A stretch of DNA of 64,000 nucleotides from Promethearchaeota archaeon. GTDB lineage: Archaea > Asgardarchaeota > Lokiarchaeia > Sigyniarchaeales > SOKP01. The stretch spans positions 192,001-256,000 of the forward strand of contig JBHLLT010000002.1 in the NCBI GenBank assembly GCA_048938855.1, in the 5' to 3' direction. A model generated the notes under the pieces. That model was not told where the DNA came from, did no database searches, and worked only from the letters and a program-made list of their open reading frames with translations. The position numbers were made by a program, and so were the translations under genes. Positions 1 to 9,745 of this stretch are shown here, one piece after another (the first letter of the stretch is position 1; the number at the start of each line of letters is the position of its first letter).

Positions 1-412
1 CTGTTTCTTTTACTTTTTCAACTATTGTATTTTCATCAACATCCATCCCCAAATCATATATTTCAAAACCAGAACTTAAGAGTAGGGATGCTAATATATT
101 TTTTCCAATATCGTGGTTGTCTCCTTTGACTGTACCTATAATTATTTTAACCTTATCCTCAGTTTTATCTGATGCAGCTAAAATAGGCTTCAAAATATTA
201 AAAGCTTCCTTCATAGTTTCTCCAGCTAACACAAGTTCAGTTAAATAATATTCTTTCTCCTCATAACGACGACCAACCTCATCCATACCTTTTGTCAAAG
301 CATTTAAAACATCAAATGCATCCTTTCCTTCATCTAATGCTTCTTTCACAGCACCGGCAATATCATCTACTTCTAATTCAATTACTAATTCTGTTAAATT
401 TTCGAAATTCAC
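1..412 (-). CDS. Corrinoid (cobalamin-binding) protein of methyltransferase systems (MtaC/MtbC-like), 3' end runs off the window
   Basis: Not in the ORF track. Hand translation from GTG at 412: MNFENLTELVIELEVDDIAGAVKEALDEGKDAFDVLNALTKGMDEVGRRYEEKEYYLTELVLAGETMK...IIIGTVKGDNHDIGKNILASLL...GFEIYDLGMDV. Has a B12 cap domain and the DxHxxG motif; AAGGAG RBS upstream. Confidence 0.9.
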   Translation of the reverse strand, partial: MNFENLTELVIELEVDDIAGAVKEALDEGKDAFDVLNALTKGMDEVGRRYEEKEYYLTELVLAGETMKEAFNILKPILAASDKTEDKVKIIIGTVKGDNHDIGKNILASLLLSSGFEIYDLGMDVDENTIVEKVKET

Positions 413-545
413 AAATTTCTCCTTTCTGTATTCTATTATAAATGTTAATTTATACTAATGTAAATTAAATTTCTCCTTTAAATCTTATTTCATTATAAAA
501 ATCTAGTTTCCAAAATTGATATGCTTCAGAAATTTAAAAAGAGAG

Positions 546-698
546 AGAGGGAGATGAGAAAAAAACAAAATCTCAACATGTTTGTTTAAGATTTTGTAAA
601 ATTCAGTTTAGTTACCATTTTAATTAGGAAATTCCACGAAAAAGGGAATCCCTTTTTTCATTAGGGGATATTATTTGTATTTTCTCAATCTTCCCTCT
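546..698. other. Long imperfect inverted repeat with internal hairpins (candidate structured RNA or leader)
   Basis: AGAGGGAGATGAGAAAA pairs with TTTTCTCAATCTTCCCTCT; internal stems ACAAAATCT/AGATTTTGT and GAAAAAGGGA/TCCCTTTTTTC. Confidence 0.45.
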
Positions 699-949
699 AT
701 TGTATAATTATGATACTTTAATATTTAAAGTTAATTTAGCAAAAGCCAACAAACCAAAAATTATTCATCAAATATATATCCAATCAAACTAAGGTTCTTT
801 CTATTAAAAAATTCTAAAGAAAAGCATCTTTTAAAAGAAAAATACTAATTTTTTATAAATTCATTATATAGAAATGTAATTTTCAGATTATCATTACAAT
901 TAATTTAATATGACACTAAAGATTTAAATAAAAAATAATTATTTTCAAT

Positions 950-1753
950 GTGCCAGAAATTAATAATTCCTTAAAAGATATTAAGCAAGAAAATTCAGTG
1001 AACGAGAATAATATTATTTCAAAAACAGAAATGTTGAAAGAAATAAGTTCTGAGTTTGCTATTGTTTGTAAAGAGTTATTTAAAGATTATGAAATAGGAG
1101 ATTTTATTGTTCGAGCTGTTGATAATGTATCTGTAACAATTCATAATGGAGAATTTTTAGTCATTAAAGGACCTAGTGGTGCAGGTAAGACATCTTTTTT
1201 AAATCTAATAGGAGGCTTAGATTCACCCAATAAAGGAATATTATATTCTTTTGGTGTAAAAATTTCAGATATGGAAGAGGAATCCTTAACAACCTGGAGA
1301 CTTTTAAATACTGGTTTTGTTTTTCAAAATTATAATCTTATTAGTACACTTACTGCTGAGGAAAATATTATGTTTCCAATGAATCTTTCAGGAGTAGCTT
1401 TTAAAGAACAGAGGAAGCGTGCAGAAGAATTATTAAGAAAAATGAACCTTCTTGATCGGAGAGAACATTTACCATTTCAACTTTCTGCTGGTGAACAACA
1501 GAGAGTTGCTATAGCAAGAGCATTAGCAAACGATCCCCCCATGATCCTGGCTGATGAACCAACGGCTAATTTAGACAAAAAAACTAGTCAATTTATTCGA
1601 GATATTTTTAAAGGGTTAAAAGATGATGTTAGAACAATCATAATCGCTACACACGATGATTATTTAATAAATATAGCTGATAGAATTCTTTCTTTTGATG
1701 AGGGTAAAATTATAAATGAAGAAATAATAAGAAAATTCGAATTGAGATTATAA
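950..1753 (+). CDS. ABC transporter ATP-binding protein (LolD/MacB-like)
   Basis: Walker A GPSGAGKT, signature LSAGEQQRV, Walker B ILADEPT, H-loop ATHD. Confidence 0.92.
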   Translation: MPEINNSLKDIKQENSVNENNIISKTEMLKEISSEFAIVCKELFKDYEIGDFIVRAVDNVSVTIHNGEFLVIKGPSGAGKTSFLNLIGGLDSPNKGILYSFGVKISDMEEESLTTWRLLNTGFVFQNYNLISTLTAEENIMFPMNLSGVAFKEQRKRAEELLRKMNLLDRREHLPFQLSAGEQQRVAIARALANDPPMILADEPTANLDKKTSQFIRDIFKGLKDDVRTIIIATHDDYLINIADRILSFDEGKIINEEIIRKFELRL

Positions 1754-1758
1754 AAGGT

Positions 1759-3669
1759 ATGTCATCATTTGATTTTGCTCTGAAAGATTTATATCGGAAG
1801 AAAAAGGCGAATTATCCTTTTCTAATTATTATAATTTTGACCGTAACTATAACAGAATTCTTAATTTATTTTACTTCCTCACTAGGATTAAACATCTTTA
1901 TTCAATCTTCATTTTTGAATACTTATTATTTCACAAGTGGAATTAATCTAGTTTATAAACAATTTAATAGCTTAGTTCAGATCTTATTGATAGTATTAAC
2001 AATTAGCATTGTAATCGGTGTTTGTACAACATTAATCGTTTCAAAAAAGAAAGATATTGCTATAATGAAATCTTTAGGAACACTACCACGAGAATTATAT
2101 AGTTTTTTTTTGCTTGAAGTATATATATTGTTCATTATTGGTTTTATATTAGGTTTAATCTTAGGGCTGGTTACATTTGGAATCTTTGCTTTGATTATGT
2201 TTTTTGTCAATTTTCCGATTTTATTTCATTTCGATATCTTTTTTACATTATTTACTTTTATTTCCTGTATAATAGGTATTTTCTTTGTGAGTGGTTATGC
2301 AATAAGGAGAATAGGGAGACAGAAGATAATCCGTTCTTTCTCTAAAGATATTCCTTACAACTATAATGCAGGAAAACCTTTAAAGCTTATCCCTAAATGG
2401 TTAACTTCAATTGGTTTTAATATTAAAATTGCTGTTGTTAATACATTGAGAAAAAAAGGTGAATTTCAGAGATATTTAATATTGTTTTCTATTATTGGAA
2501 TATTGATATTTACTCTAAGCATCGGAACAGTTGTTATCAATTTTTCCTCTCGGGAGTGGATAAATAAATCACAAAATGAAAATATTGTAATTATCGGACA
2601 TGAAGATGTTGTATATAATTATTCTTTAATGTATAGGATGTTTTCCGATCCCCAACTCTTAATTAGCGAGGCAAATATAAATTTTACAGATTCACAATAC
2701 TTCTTTAACTTAAGCGATATACAAAGTTTAGAAAACATTGCTGAAATTGAAAAAATTGATGAAAGAATAATAAGTTTTTATGATGTAGAGGAATTAACCG
2801 GAACTATCATAACAGAAGATGGCTCTTACGTAACTGTTGGACAGGATCGAACGGGGAATATTCCTATAATTGGAGTTAATCCAGACAATATAATTCAAAA
2901 TTTTGAAATTGAAGGAAGATTCTTTACTGAAGAAGATGCTTTTTTCAACATGACTATTGCTGATGGTTTAGCTCAGAACTTTTTTGATTTTCCATTATTC
3001 CAAAGATTAGAACTTACTGGACTTAGTAAAGTATTTCATATTGCGGGGGTGGTTATTGATAGTTTTTATTCTGGGTGGAGTGGATATATAAGTATCAATG
3101 AGTCAAGGAAATTATTAGACCTAAATAATGATGAGGTCAATTTGATTATGTTAAAGCTAAGTCCTGGAACATATGAGGGACTTAGTGAGACACTTGAAAA
3201 TGTCACTAATACAATTGGTGAAAAATTTACATTTTTAAGATTAGACCAAGTTTTCCAAACAAATTTAAATTTCGTAAGCTCATTATCTGTATACCCAATA
3301 ATATTGATCATGGTAATATCAACAATAGCAATTTTATCATTGTATAATTATCAAAAATCCGGAATATTGGAGAAAGCGCAAGATTTTCTTATTATGCGAG
3401 CGATTGGTTCAAAAACTAAGTCACTTAAAAAAATACTTTTCATGGAGTCAATTTTAGTTATAATTCCTTCACTATTACTAAGTTTAGGTATTGGAATGAT
3501 TATAAATTCACTATTTCTTTTTAAGCAAATCTATTTACCTCCCTTATACATTCCATTTCTTTTCTTCTTAATTTTATTTATAATTTTTATGATATTTAAT
3601 TTTTTAAGTCTTTTTCCTATAATCAAGAAAATCAATAAATTTTCTATTAAGGATTTCAGTTTGTACTAA
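1759..3669 (+). CDS. FtsX/MacB-like ABC permease
   Basis: Two FtsX-type motifs (KKDIAIMKSLG, DFLIMRAIG), many TM helices, large extracytoplasmic loop; 5 nt downstream of the ATPase. Confidence 0.85.
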   Translation: MSSFDFALKDLYRKKKANYPFLIIIILTVTITEFLIYFTSSLGLNIFIQSSFLNTYYFTSGINLVYKQFNSLVQILLIVLTISIVIGVCTTLIVSKKKDIAIMKSLGTLPRELYSFFLLEVYILFIIGFILGLILGLVTFGIFALIMFFVNFPILFHFDIFFTLFTFISCIIGIFFVSGYAIRRIGRQKIIRSFSKDIPYNYNAGKPLKLIPKWLTSIGFNIKIAVVNTLRKKGEFQRYLILFSIIGILIFTLSIGTVVINFSSREWINKSQNENIVIIGHEDVVYNYSLMYRMFSDPQLLISEANINFTDSQYFFNLSDIQSLENIAEIEKIDERIISFYDVEELTGTIITEDGSYVTVGQDRTGNIPIIGVNPDNIIQNFEIEGRFFTEEDAFFNMTIADGLAQNFFDFPLFQRLELTGLSKVFHIAGVVIDSFYSGWSGYISINESRKLLDLNNDEVNLIMLKLSPGTYEGLSETLENVTNTIGEKFTFLRLDQVFQTNLNFVSSLSVYPIILIMVISTIAILSLYNYQKSGILEKAQDFLIMRAIGSKTKSLKKILFMESILVIIPSLLLSLGIGMIINSLFLFKQIYLPPLYIPFLFFLILFIIFMIFNFLSLFPIIKKINKFSIKDFSLY

Positions 3670-3770
3670 ACATTTTTATTCTTGTAATAAGATAAGATGG
3701 ATAAGGGATTGATAGGATAAATTTTAATTTCTAAAATTTTATTATTCTAATATAATGGTGATTCTTTTTA

Positions 3771-5087
3771 ATGTCTGAAGATGCGTTGAAAGCCCGGATC
3801 AATGATTTAAAGGTAGAACTTGAGAAAAAAGATAGAGAAATTCATAGTCTCCTTGATAGAATTGAGGAACTTGAAGATAACATAATGAGATTAGAAGCTC
3901 TTATTCCAGATGAAGATCCAAAGAATAAAAGCAAGAAACAGCAAGCAGTTGATTCAAAATTAGCTATTGAACTCGATGAAAAAGATAGAAAAATTCGAGA
4001 GTTAAAAAATAGTATGGGATTCTTAAGAAAAGAAAAAGTACAACTTCAACAAGAATTAGAAGTAATTAAAATTCAACAGAAAGACTCTTCGGTTATTAGA
4101 GTTGAAGATCTAAGAAGTGCTCCCCCTCTTAATATGCTGGTAAAAGAACTCCAAGATAAAGTTAACAATTATCGTTCAATAATTAATAAATTAAGATCCC
4201 AGAATATTGGGAACAATGACTTAAGTGAGCAACTAAATCAAAGAGAAATGGAAATTAAAATTTTAAAATCAGAAAATTTAGATTTACAACAAAAATTAAA
4301 GGAGCTTGATACTTATTCTAGAAAAAAAGGTTCAGATTCAATACAAAAAGAGTTAATTGAAGATCTTCAAGAACAATTGACTAAATCTAAAAAACAGATT
4401 GCAGATTTAAAGCTCAAAATTGTAAAATCAGATAAAAAAAGTAAAAAAAACGAGAAAGACATTACAAAAATAAAGGAATTCAAAAAACAGATCAATGAGC
4501 AAAAAGATATAGTAAAAGAAAGAGAAGCTGAAATTAAAGAATTAAAGAAAGAAATTATTTTATTACAGAAGGCTGATATTGCTGCAAATTTTGAACAAGA
4601 CGATATTACTTCAAATAAAATGATGAAAACTCTACAAAATGATCTTCAAAATAAACTAAATAAAGCAAAACAAAGAATTCAATCCTTAAAAAGTGAACTT
4701 AAAAAGATGCAAGAAGGAAAACCGATTGAATCCATGCAACCTCAAAGTGAGCTAGAAGGAAAACTCAAAATGCAAAGAGAAATGGCAATCTTCCTTCAAA
4801 AACAATTAAAAACCAAGGAAGAAGAAATTGAAACCATCAAAAATGAAGCAGTTCAAATAAAGGGAAAGTATAGACAATTAGAAAATCAAGTGAGATCAAA
4901 AGAGGAAAAACTTAATGATTTACAACGACAATTGGATAGTTTTAATATTCAAACTCAAGTACAACATACAAGAGTAGATCCTACTTTAGATTTGAGACTC
5001 AGAGAGCTTAAAAATAGACTTGAAAATTTAGAAAAATTGAATAATGAACAAAAATTAGAAATAGCTCAGTTAAGAAAACGAACGTAA
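3771..5087 (+). CDS. Long coiled-coil protein of unknown function
   Basis: 438 aa, K/E/Q/L-rich heptad pattern throughout, no Walker motifs; GGTGA SD upstream. Confidence 0.75.
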   Translation: MSEDALKARINDLKVELEKKDREIHSLLDRIEELEDNIMRLEALIPDEDPKNKSKKQQAVDSKLAIELDEKDRKIRELKNSMGFLRKEKVQLQQELEVIKIQQKDSSVIRVEDLRSAPPLNMLVKELQDKVNNYRSIINKLRSQNIGNNDLSEQLNQREMEIKILKSENLDLQQKLKELDTYSRKKGSDSIQKELIEDLQEQLTKSKKQIADLKLKIVKSDKKSKKNEKDITKIKEFKKQINEQKDIVKEREAEIKELKKEIILLQKADIAANFEQDDITSNKMMKTLQNDLQNKLNKAKQRIQSLKSELKKMQEGKPIESMQPQSELEGKLKMQREMAIFLQKQLKTKEEEIETIKNEAVQIKGKYRQLENQVRSKEEKLNDLQRQLDSFNIQTQVQHTRVDPTLDLRLRELKNRLENLEKLNNEQKLEIAQLRKRT

Positions 5088-5097
5088 ACTTGTTATA

Positions 5098-6078
5098 ATG
5101 GAACTTATTATATTAGGGAGTTCAGCAGCAACCCCTCTTAAAGAAAGAAACTTGCCCTCTATAGCATTAAAATACAAAAATCAAGTTCTTTTATTTGATT
5201 GTGGAGAAGATTTCCAAAGAAAGTTTGCTGAAGCTGGTTTAAAATTTAATAAGCCAATGAAAATATTTATTACTCATTTTCATGGTGACCATATACTTGG
5301 ACTACCTCCTTTCCTTTTTCGTTTAAGTTTAAATGGTAGAACTGCTCCAATGATAATTTTTGGCCCCAGAAATCTTTTTCTGTATTTATACCTCCATAGG
5401 AAAATACTTGGTTTAAAAGCCGAATATCCTATTAAGATAATAGAAATTGATTATCAAAATCAAAAATTAATAGAATTTGAGGGCTTAGATTCTGAAATAC
5501 CAAAGAGAACACTTGATATTGTCGCAAATGTAGTTTTTGATTCAAAATATTATTCAATAAAATTTGCTGTCGTAGATCATTCTATAATTACCTTCGCATA
5601 CGCATTCATTGAAAAACCAAGATATGGTAAATTTGTACCTGAACGTGCCAAAAACTTGGGTATCCCTGAAAGTAACTTATGGAAAAAATTACAAGAAGGA
5701 CAAATAATTGAATTCAATGGAAAAATGATTGATCCGATTAAAGAAGGAATTGTTGGACCCCAGAAACCAGGTAGAAAGATAACTTATTCTGGAGATTTGA
5801 AACCTTGTGATTCCTTAATTGAATTAGGACGGGATTCAGATATTTTGATTCATGAAGCAACATTTGCTAAATCCTTAGCTGAAACTGCTGATGAGAAAAA
5901 GCACTCTACATCAGTGGATGCCGCTAATGATGCAAAAGAAATGAATGCGAAAAAGCTTATTTTAACGCATATTTCTGCAAGATACCAACATGATGCTTTA
6001 ATTTTATTAGAAGAAGCTAAAAAAATATTTCCTAATACAATTTTAGCAGAAGATTTACTAAAAATTGTAATTAATTAG
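5098..6078 (+). CDS. rnz: Ribonuclease Z
   Basis: THFHGDH metallo-beta-lactamase motif, flexible-arm exosite, HEAT, HS and LTHISARY motifs. Confidence 0.95.
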   Translation: MELIILGSSAATPLKERNLPSIALKYKNQVLLFDCGEDFQRKFAEAGLKFNKPMKIFITHFHGDHILGLPPFLFRLSLNGRTAPMIIFGPRNLFLYLYLHRKILGLKAEYPIKIIEIDYQNQKLIEFEGLDSEIPKRTLDIVANVVFDSKYYSIKFAVVDHSIITFAYAFIEKPRYGKFVPERAKNLGIPESNLWKKLQEGQIIEFNGKMIDPIKEGIVGPQKPGRKITYSGDLKPCDSLIELGRDSDILIHEATFAKSLAETADEKKHSTSVDAANDAKEMNAKKLILTHISARYQHDALILLEEAKKIFPNTILAEDLLKIVIN

Positions 6079-6133
6079 AATCAATTCTATAATTAGGCTT
6101 TGAAAAAGAAGATGATAAAATATTGATTGTTTT

Positions 6134-6343
6134 CTAATTTCCACCTGCTATGTGTGGAAGTATTATAATCTCGTCTTCTTTGCCGATTTTTGTTTCTGGA
6201 GTTGCTTTTTTCCCATTTACAAGAATTCCAAAATACTTATCTTCCAAGTTGAGTTCTTTCAATAAATCGGCAACTACCATTGTCCTTTCTGGTTTATAGG
6301 TCTCAAACAATCCGGTGTCTAATAATTCACTGATCTGTTTCAC
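6134..6343 (-). CDS. ThiS/MoaD/SAMP-family ubiquitin-like (beta-grasp) protein ending GG-N
   Basis: 69 aa; ILVNGK...DEIIILPHIAGGN-stop. Confidence 0.85.
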   Translation of the reverse strand: MKQISELLDTGLFETYKPERTMVVADLLKELNLEDKYFGILVNGKKATPETKIGKEDEIIILPHIAGGN

Positions 6344-6610
6344 TTTGTAAAAACCACCTATTTCTTGTTTTTAATTATTAATAATATGTTTGTAATTATA
6401 TTTAATATTATTTCTTTAGATATATTCGTTTCAGAAAGCTATTAATTATAAGATCTGAAATGCTCTATTAGACTAATTTTAATCGTTCAGGAATTATTTT
6501 ACGGAATCCTTGAGTTAACTATGTTTTTTTGATTGAAATTAAAATCCAATTTTTTTTATTTTTAAATTAATTTCTATATATAGGCTTTACTTATTTGAGG
6601 AGATAATAAA

Positions 6611-8263
6611 ATTATTGAAGAAGAAGAATTCATTGAATACGCTGAATTTTTAGATAAACTTAGAAAATATGAATCTAAAATAAAAGAGATTAAAAATCCA
6701 ATAGAAAAAAAAAAGTTAATACAAGAAATGGTTTCAGAGTCAATTATTTTTTCTAATGAGATTGTTCAATCTGGAGAATTTTATGAAGCTGGAGAACTTC
6801 TGTTTTCTGTTGCTGAAATGATGGAAAATATCGAATTTTCTGAAGCTATTAAATTATATAATAAAACCATAGAATTATATAAAAAACAAATTGTTGATTA
6901 TAAACTCCAAGCTAAATTACATGAAATTGCTGAATTATATTTAAGAATTGCTGAAATTTATCGCGATAAAATTATAGATTATCAATCAGAGAAAAAAAAT
7001 ATTAAAAATAGTATAAAAATTTTAAAGCAAGAAAGTGATCTTTTAAAAGAATTTAATGAAACAAGAAAAATCGCTCAAAACTATCAAAATATAGCAGATT
7101 TATATTTAAAATTCTCTGATTTCAATAATGCGATAGATTTTTATGAAAAAGTTATTAATATATCTAAAAATCATGACTTTTTCGATATGCTATCCTACTC
7201 TTATCAACAGATAGGTTCATGCTATGAAGAGATTGATGATTACAATAAATCACAAGATATTATTTTGGATGGTGTTGAATTCTTCTCTACTCTCGCAACA
7301 AAATTCGAAGAGAAAAATGATAATATTACATTAGCCCAAATTTATCAGATCTTAAAAAATTTAAATAAAATTTTGGATAAACAAGACCAATACTCAATCT
7401 TCTCTAAAAAAGAAGCAGGAGCATATATAGATTTAGCAGAAACCTTAGAAAAATTACCAGAAAATTATTATAAAATCGCACGATATTATAGAGGCGCGGG
7501 ATTATGTTATCAAGACATTCAAAATAATCTAATTGAGTGTGCTTCCTGTTTTGTTTTAGCTGGCAATTTTTCAAAGAAAATTGAGGATTATAACCAAGCG
7601 GCTACAAATTTTTTTGATGGGGCAAATGTTTTTAAAGAAATGGGTAATTTTGAAATGGCTTATAAACATTATGTTGAAGCCGGTGACAATTATTGGAAGG
7701 TTGGAAGTTTCAATGAGTCTACAGAGAGTTACTTAAACGCTTATGATGCTGCAATTGAAGGTGGTTTAGAATTCAATAGATTTGGCATTTTTAATCAAAT
7801 AATTAGAGGTTTAAATAAGATTGTTGAAGAAGGATTAAAAAACAAACAATTCTTTACAGCAGCTACATTAATATTAGAAAGCATAAAATTTTATGAACAG
7901 CTTGATACTGCAAAAGATTTCCTTCTTAGAGAAATGGTTAACAATTTATATCGTTATTATTATCGAGCAGCAAACTTAAAGAAAATTGGCTATTCTCACA
8001 TCGTACATAGTTATGTTTTAGCATCAATCTCATGCATTTTGATTGGAAAATTAGATAAGGCATGGAAAGTGATCTCTGAAATAGACTCTAAAGAAACAAC
8101 AGTAAAAAAATATAAAGAAATAATAAAAATAATGATTGAAAAGGTTTCTCAAGGAAAAAGTATTGAATTAAATAGTTTTCCTTATGATTTAAAGAGAATT
8201 ATTGAATCCTCGGAAGAAATAATGTTCCTTATAAAGCTATTTAAGGGTTTTACACTAAACTAA
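6611..8263 (+). CDS. TPR / alpha-SNAP-like helical repeat protein
   Basis: Repeated helical motifs (A..Y..AG.CY, AA..F..GA..F). Track start is ATG 6728, but the frame is open 39 codons further up to ATT 6611, just after a GAGGAG SD at 6597-6602. Confidence 0.75.
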   Translation: MIEEEEFIEYAEFLDKLRKYESKIKEIKNPIEKKKLIQEMVSESIIFSNEIVQSGEFYEAGELLFSVAEMMENIEFSEAIKLYNKTIELYKKQIVDYKLQAKLHEIAELYLRIAEIYRDKIIDYQSEKKNIKNSIKILKQESDLLKEFNETRKIAQNYQNIADLYLKFSDFNNAIDFYEKVINISKNHDFFDMLSYSYQQIGSCYEEIDDYNKSQDIILDGVEFFSTLATKFEEKNDNITLAQIYQILKNLNKILDKQDQYSIFSKKEAGAYIDLAETLEKLPENYYKIARYYRGAGLCYQDIQNNLIECASCFVLAGNFSKKIEDYNQAATNFFDGANVFKEMGNFEMAYKHYVEAGDNYWKVGSFNESTESYLNAYDAAIEGGLEFNRFGIFNQIIRGLNKIVEEGLKNKQFFTAATLILESIKFYEQLDTAKDFLLREMVNNLYRYYYRAANLKKIGYSHIVHSYVLASISCILIGKLDKAWKVISEIDSKETTVKKYKEIIKIMIEKVSQGKSIELNSFPYDLKRIIESSEEIMFLIKLFKGFTLN

Positions 8264-8442
8264 TTTTAACTCTCTCTATCTACTTTCTTGTAAATTATTA
8301 CTGGATCTTGATAAAAACTTAAATATATTAAATAAAATGTTTATGATAATATCAAAAAAAGAATTCTGACATATCTAAAGTATTAATATTTACTCACAAC
8401 GCAGATAATTTCAGTAATCGAATTTTAAAGAAGGAAATAGTT

Positions 8443-9654
8443 ATGCGAAAAAATTATAAAATATTTGTTGTTTTTGTTTTAAGCATCATTTTCATAGGAG
8501 CAACAATTCCATTTTCTTTAGTTATATTTGGAGGACGTCAGCCTTCTCGATCAAATCTTGTTCATATATATGTAAATTCAACTATTTACAATAGTTTATC
8601 TTCTGATGTTTCACAATATAAACAAGATATTGAAACTCAGGGTTACACTGTAAATGTTTTCAATTGGTCTAATAGCAACGTTACTCAACTTAAAAGCCAT
8701 TTGATATCAGCAAGTTCAAATGGATTAACAGGGGCTATTTTAATCGGGAAACTCCCCTATGCAAAGGCACAATATTATGATAGTGCTTGGAGTATGTATC
8801 GTCAATTTTCTTGTGACTATTATTTAATGGATTTAGATGGAAATTGGACAGATGTAAATTCAAATGGATATTATGATGTAGGTGCTTCAGATAATAATGT
8901 AGAACATAATAATGGTACTGCAAATTGGTTTCCTGAAATTTGGGTGGCACGTATAAGTCCCTATACTATTTCTGAGGTTGGTTTTAATCCAATTACTTCT
9001 ATTAATAACCTTTTCAATCGAGATCATAATTTAAGGATAGGTCTTACTAATCGATCTCATAATGCTCTATTATACATTGACGATGAATGGGCGAGTTATA
9101 GAAATGAATGGATAAGCAATTTTACTGCATATACCGGTAATAACCTTACCTGTGAATCGACTAACAACATTACTAATGCAGCAAGCTTTCTTTCGAATAT
9201 TACAGATATTACAGATCCTAATTTTACAAATTATGAATTAGTTCATGTAATGGCTCATTGTAACGGTACTGATCAGCTGTTTGGAGTTACCACTAGTCCT
9301 TATCAACCGAATCCAATAGATGGAGTTTTAAATTATCATCAGATTTACATGAACGGTCCTCAGCCACTATTCTTCAACTTATATTCATGCTTTTCCACTA
9401 ATCTAATGCTAACGAATAATATTGGGACTCATTACCTTTTTAGTGGTCAATCTTTGGTTGTAATAGGCTGTTCGAGATCAGGAGGAATGAGTCTTTACCA
9501 GCCATTTTATGACTCTCTTAGAGATGGGAAAATCTTTGGAGAAGCTTATAAAGATTGGTTTTATGGACCCGAAATAATTCCTTTTGGACACTGGGAAGAA
9601 GTGTATGGAATGATGTTTCTAGGGGATCCACTTCTCACAATATATATGACATAA
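8443..9654 (+). CDS. Secreted or membrane-anchored peptidase C25 (gingipain-like) domain protein
   Basis: N-terminal signal/TM segment; motifs AILIG, PEIWVARI, HVMAH, FFNLYSC and terminal FLGDP typical of the C25/caspase-hemoglobinase fold. Confidence 0.65.
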   Translation: MRKNYKIFVVFVLSIIFIGATIPFSLVIFGGRQPSRSNLVHIYVNSTIYNSLSSDVSQYKQDIETQGYTVNVFNWSNSNVTQLKSHLISASSNGLTGAILIGKLPYAKAQYYDSAWSMYRQFSCDYYLMDLDGNWTDVNSNGYYDVGASDNNVEHNNGTANWFPEIWVARISPYTISEVGFNPITSINNLFNRDHNLRIGLTNRSHNALLYIDDEWASYRNEWISNFTAYTGNNLTCESTNNITNAASFLSNITDITDPNFTNYELVHVMAHCNGTDQLFGVTTSPYQPNPIDGVLNYHQIYMNGPQPLFFNLYSCFSTNLMLTNNIGTHYLFSGQSLVVIGCSRSGGMSLYQPFYDSLRDGKIFGEAYKDWFYGPEIIPFGHWEEVYGMMFLGDPLLTIYMT

Positions 9655-9745
9655 TCTCTATATTAAAGTCAATTAAATAACAAATTTTATTAATATTTCT
9701 TTTCTTTATTTTTTACATTTTAAAAAGATTAAGATTATTCTAATA

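Noticed and set aside
546-698. Cobalamin riboswitch upstream of the corrinoid gene
   Set aside because: The context is suggestive, but the conserved B12-box elements are not recognisable; kept only as a generic structured element.
3771-5087. SMC/Rad50 ATPase
   Set aside because: No Walker A/B, signature, hinge or zinc-hook motifs.
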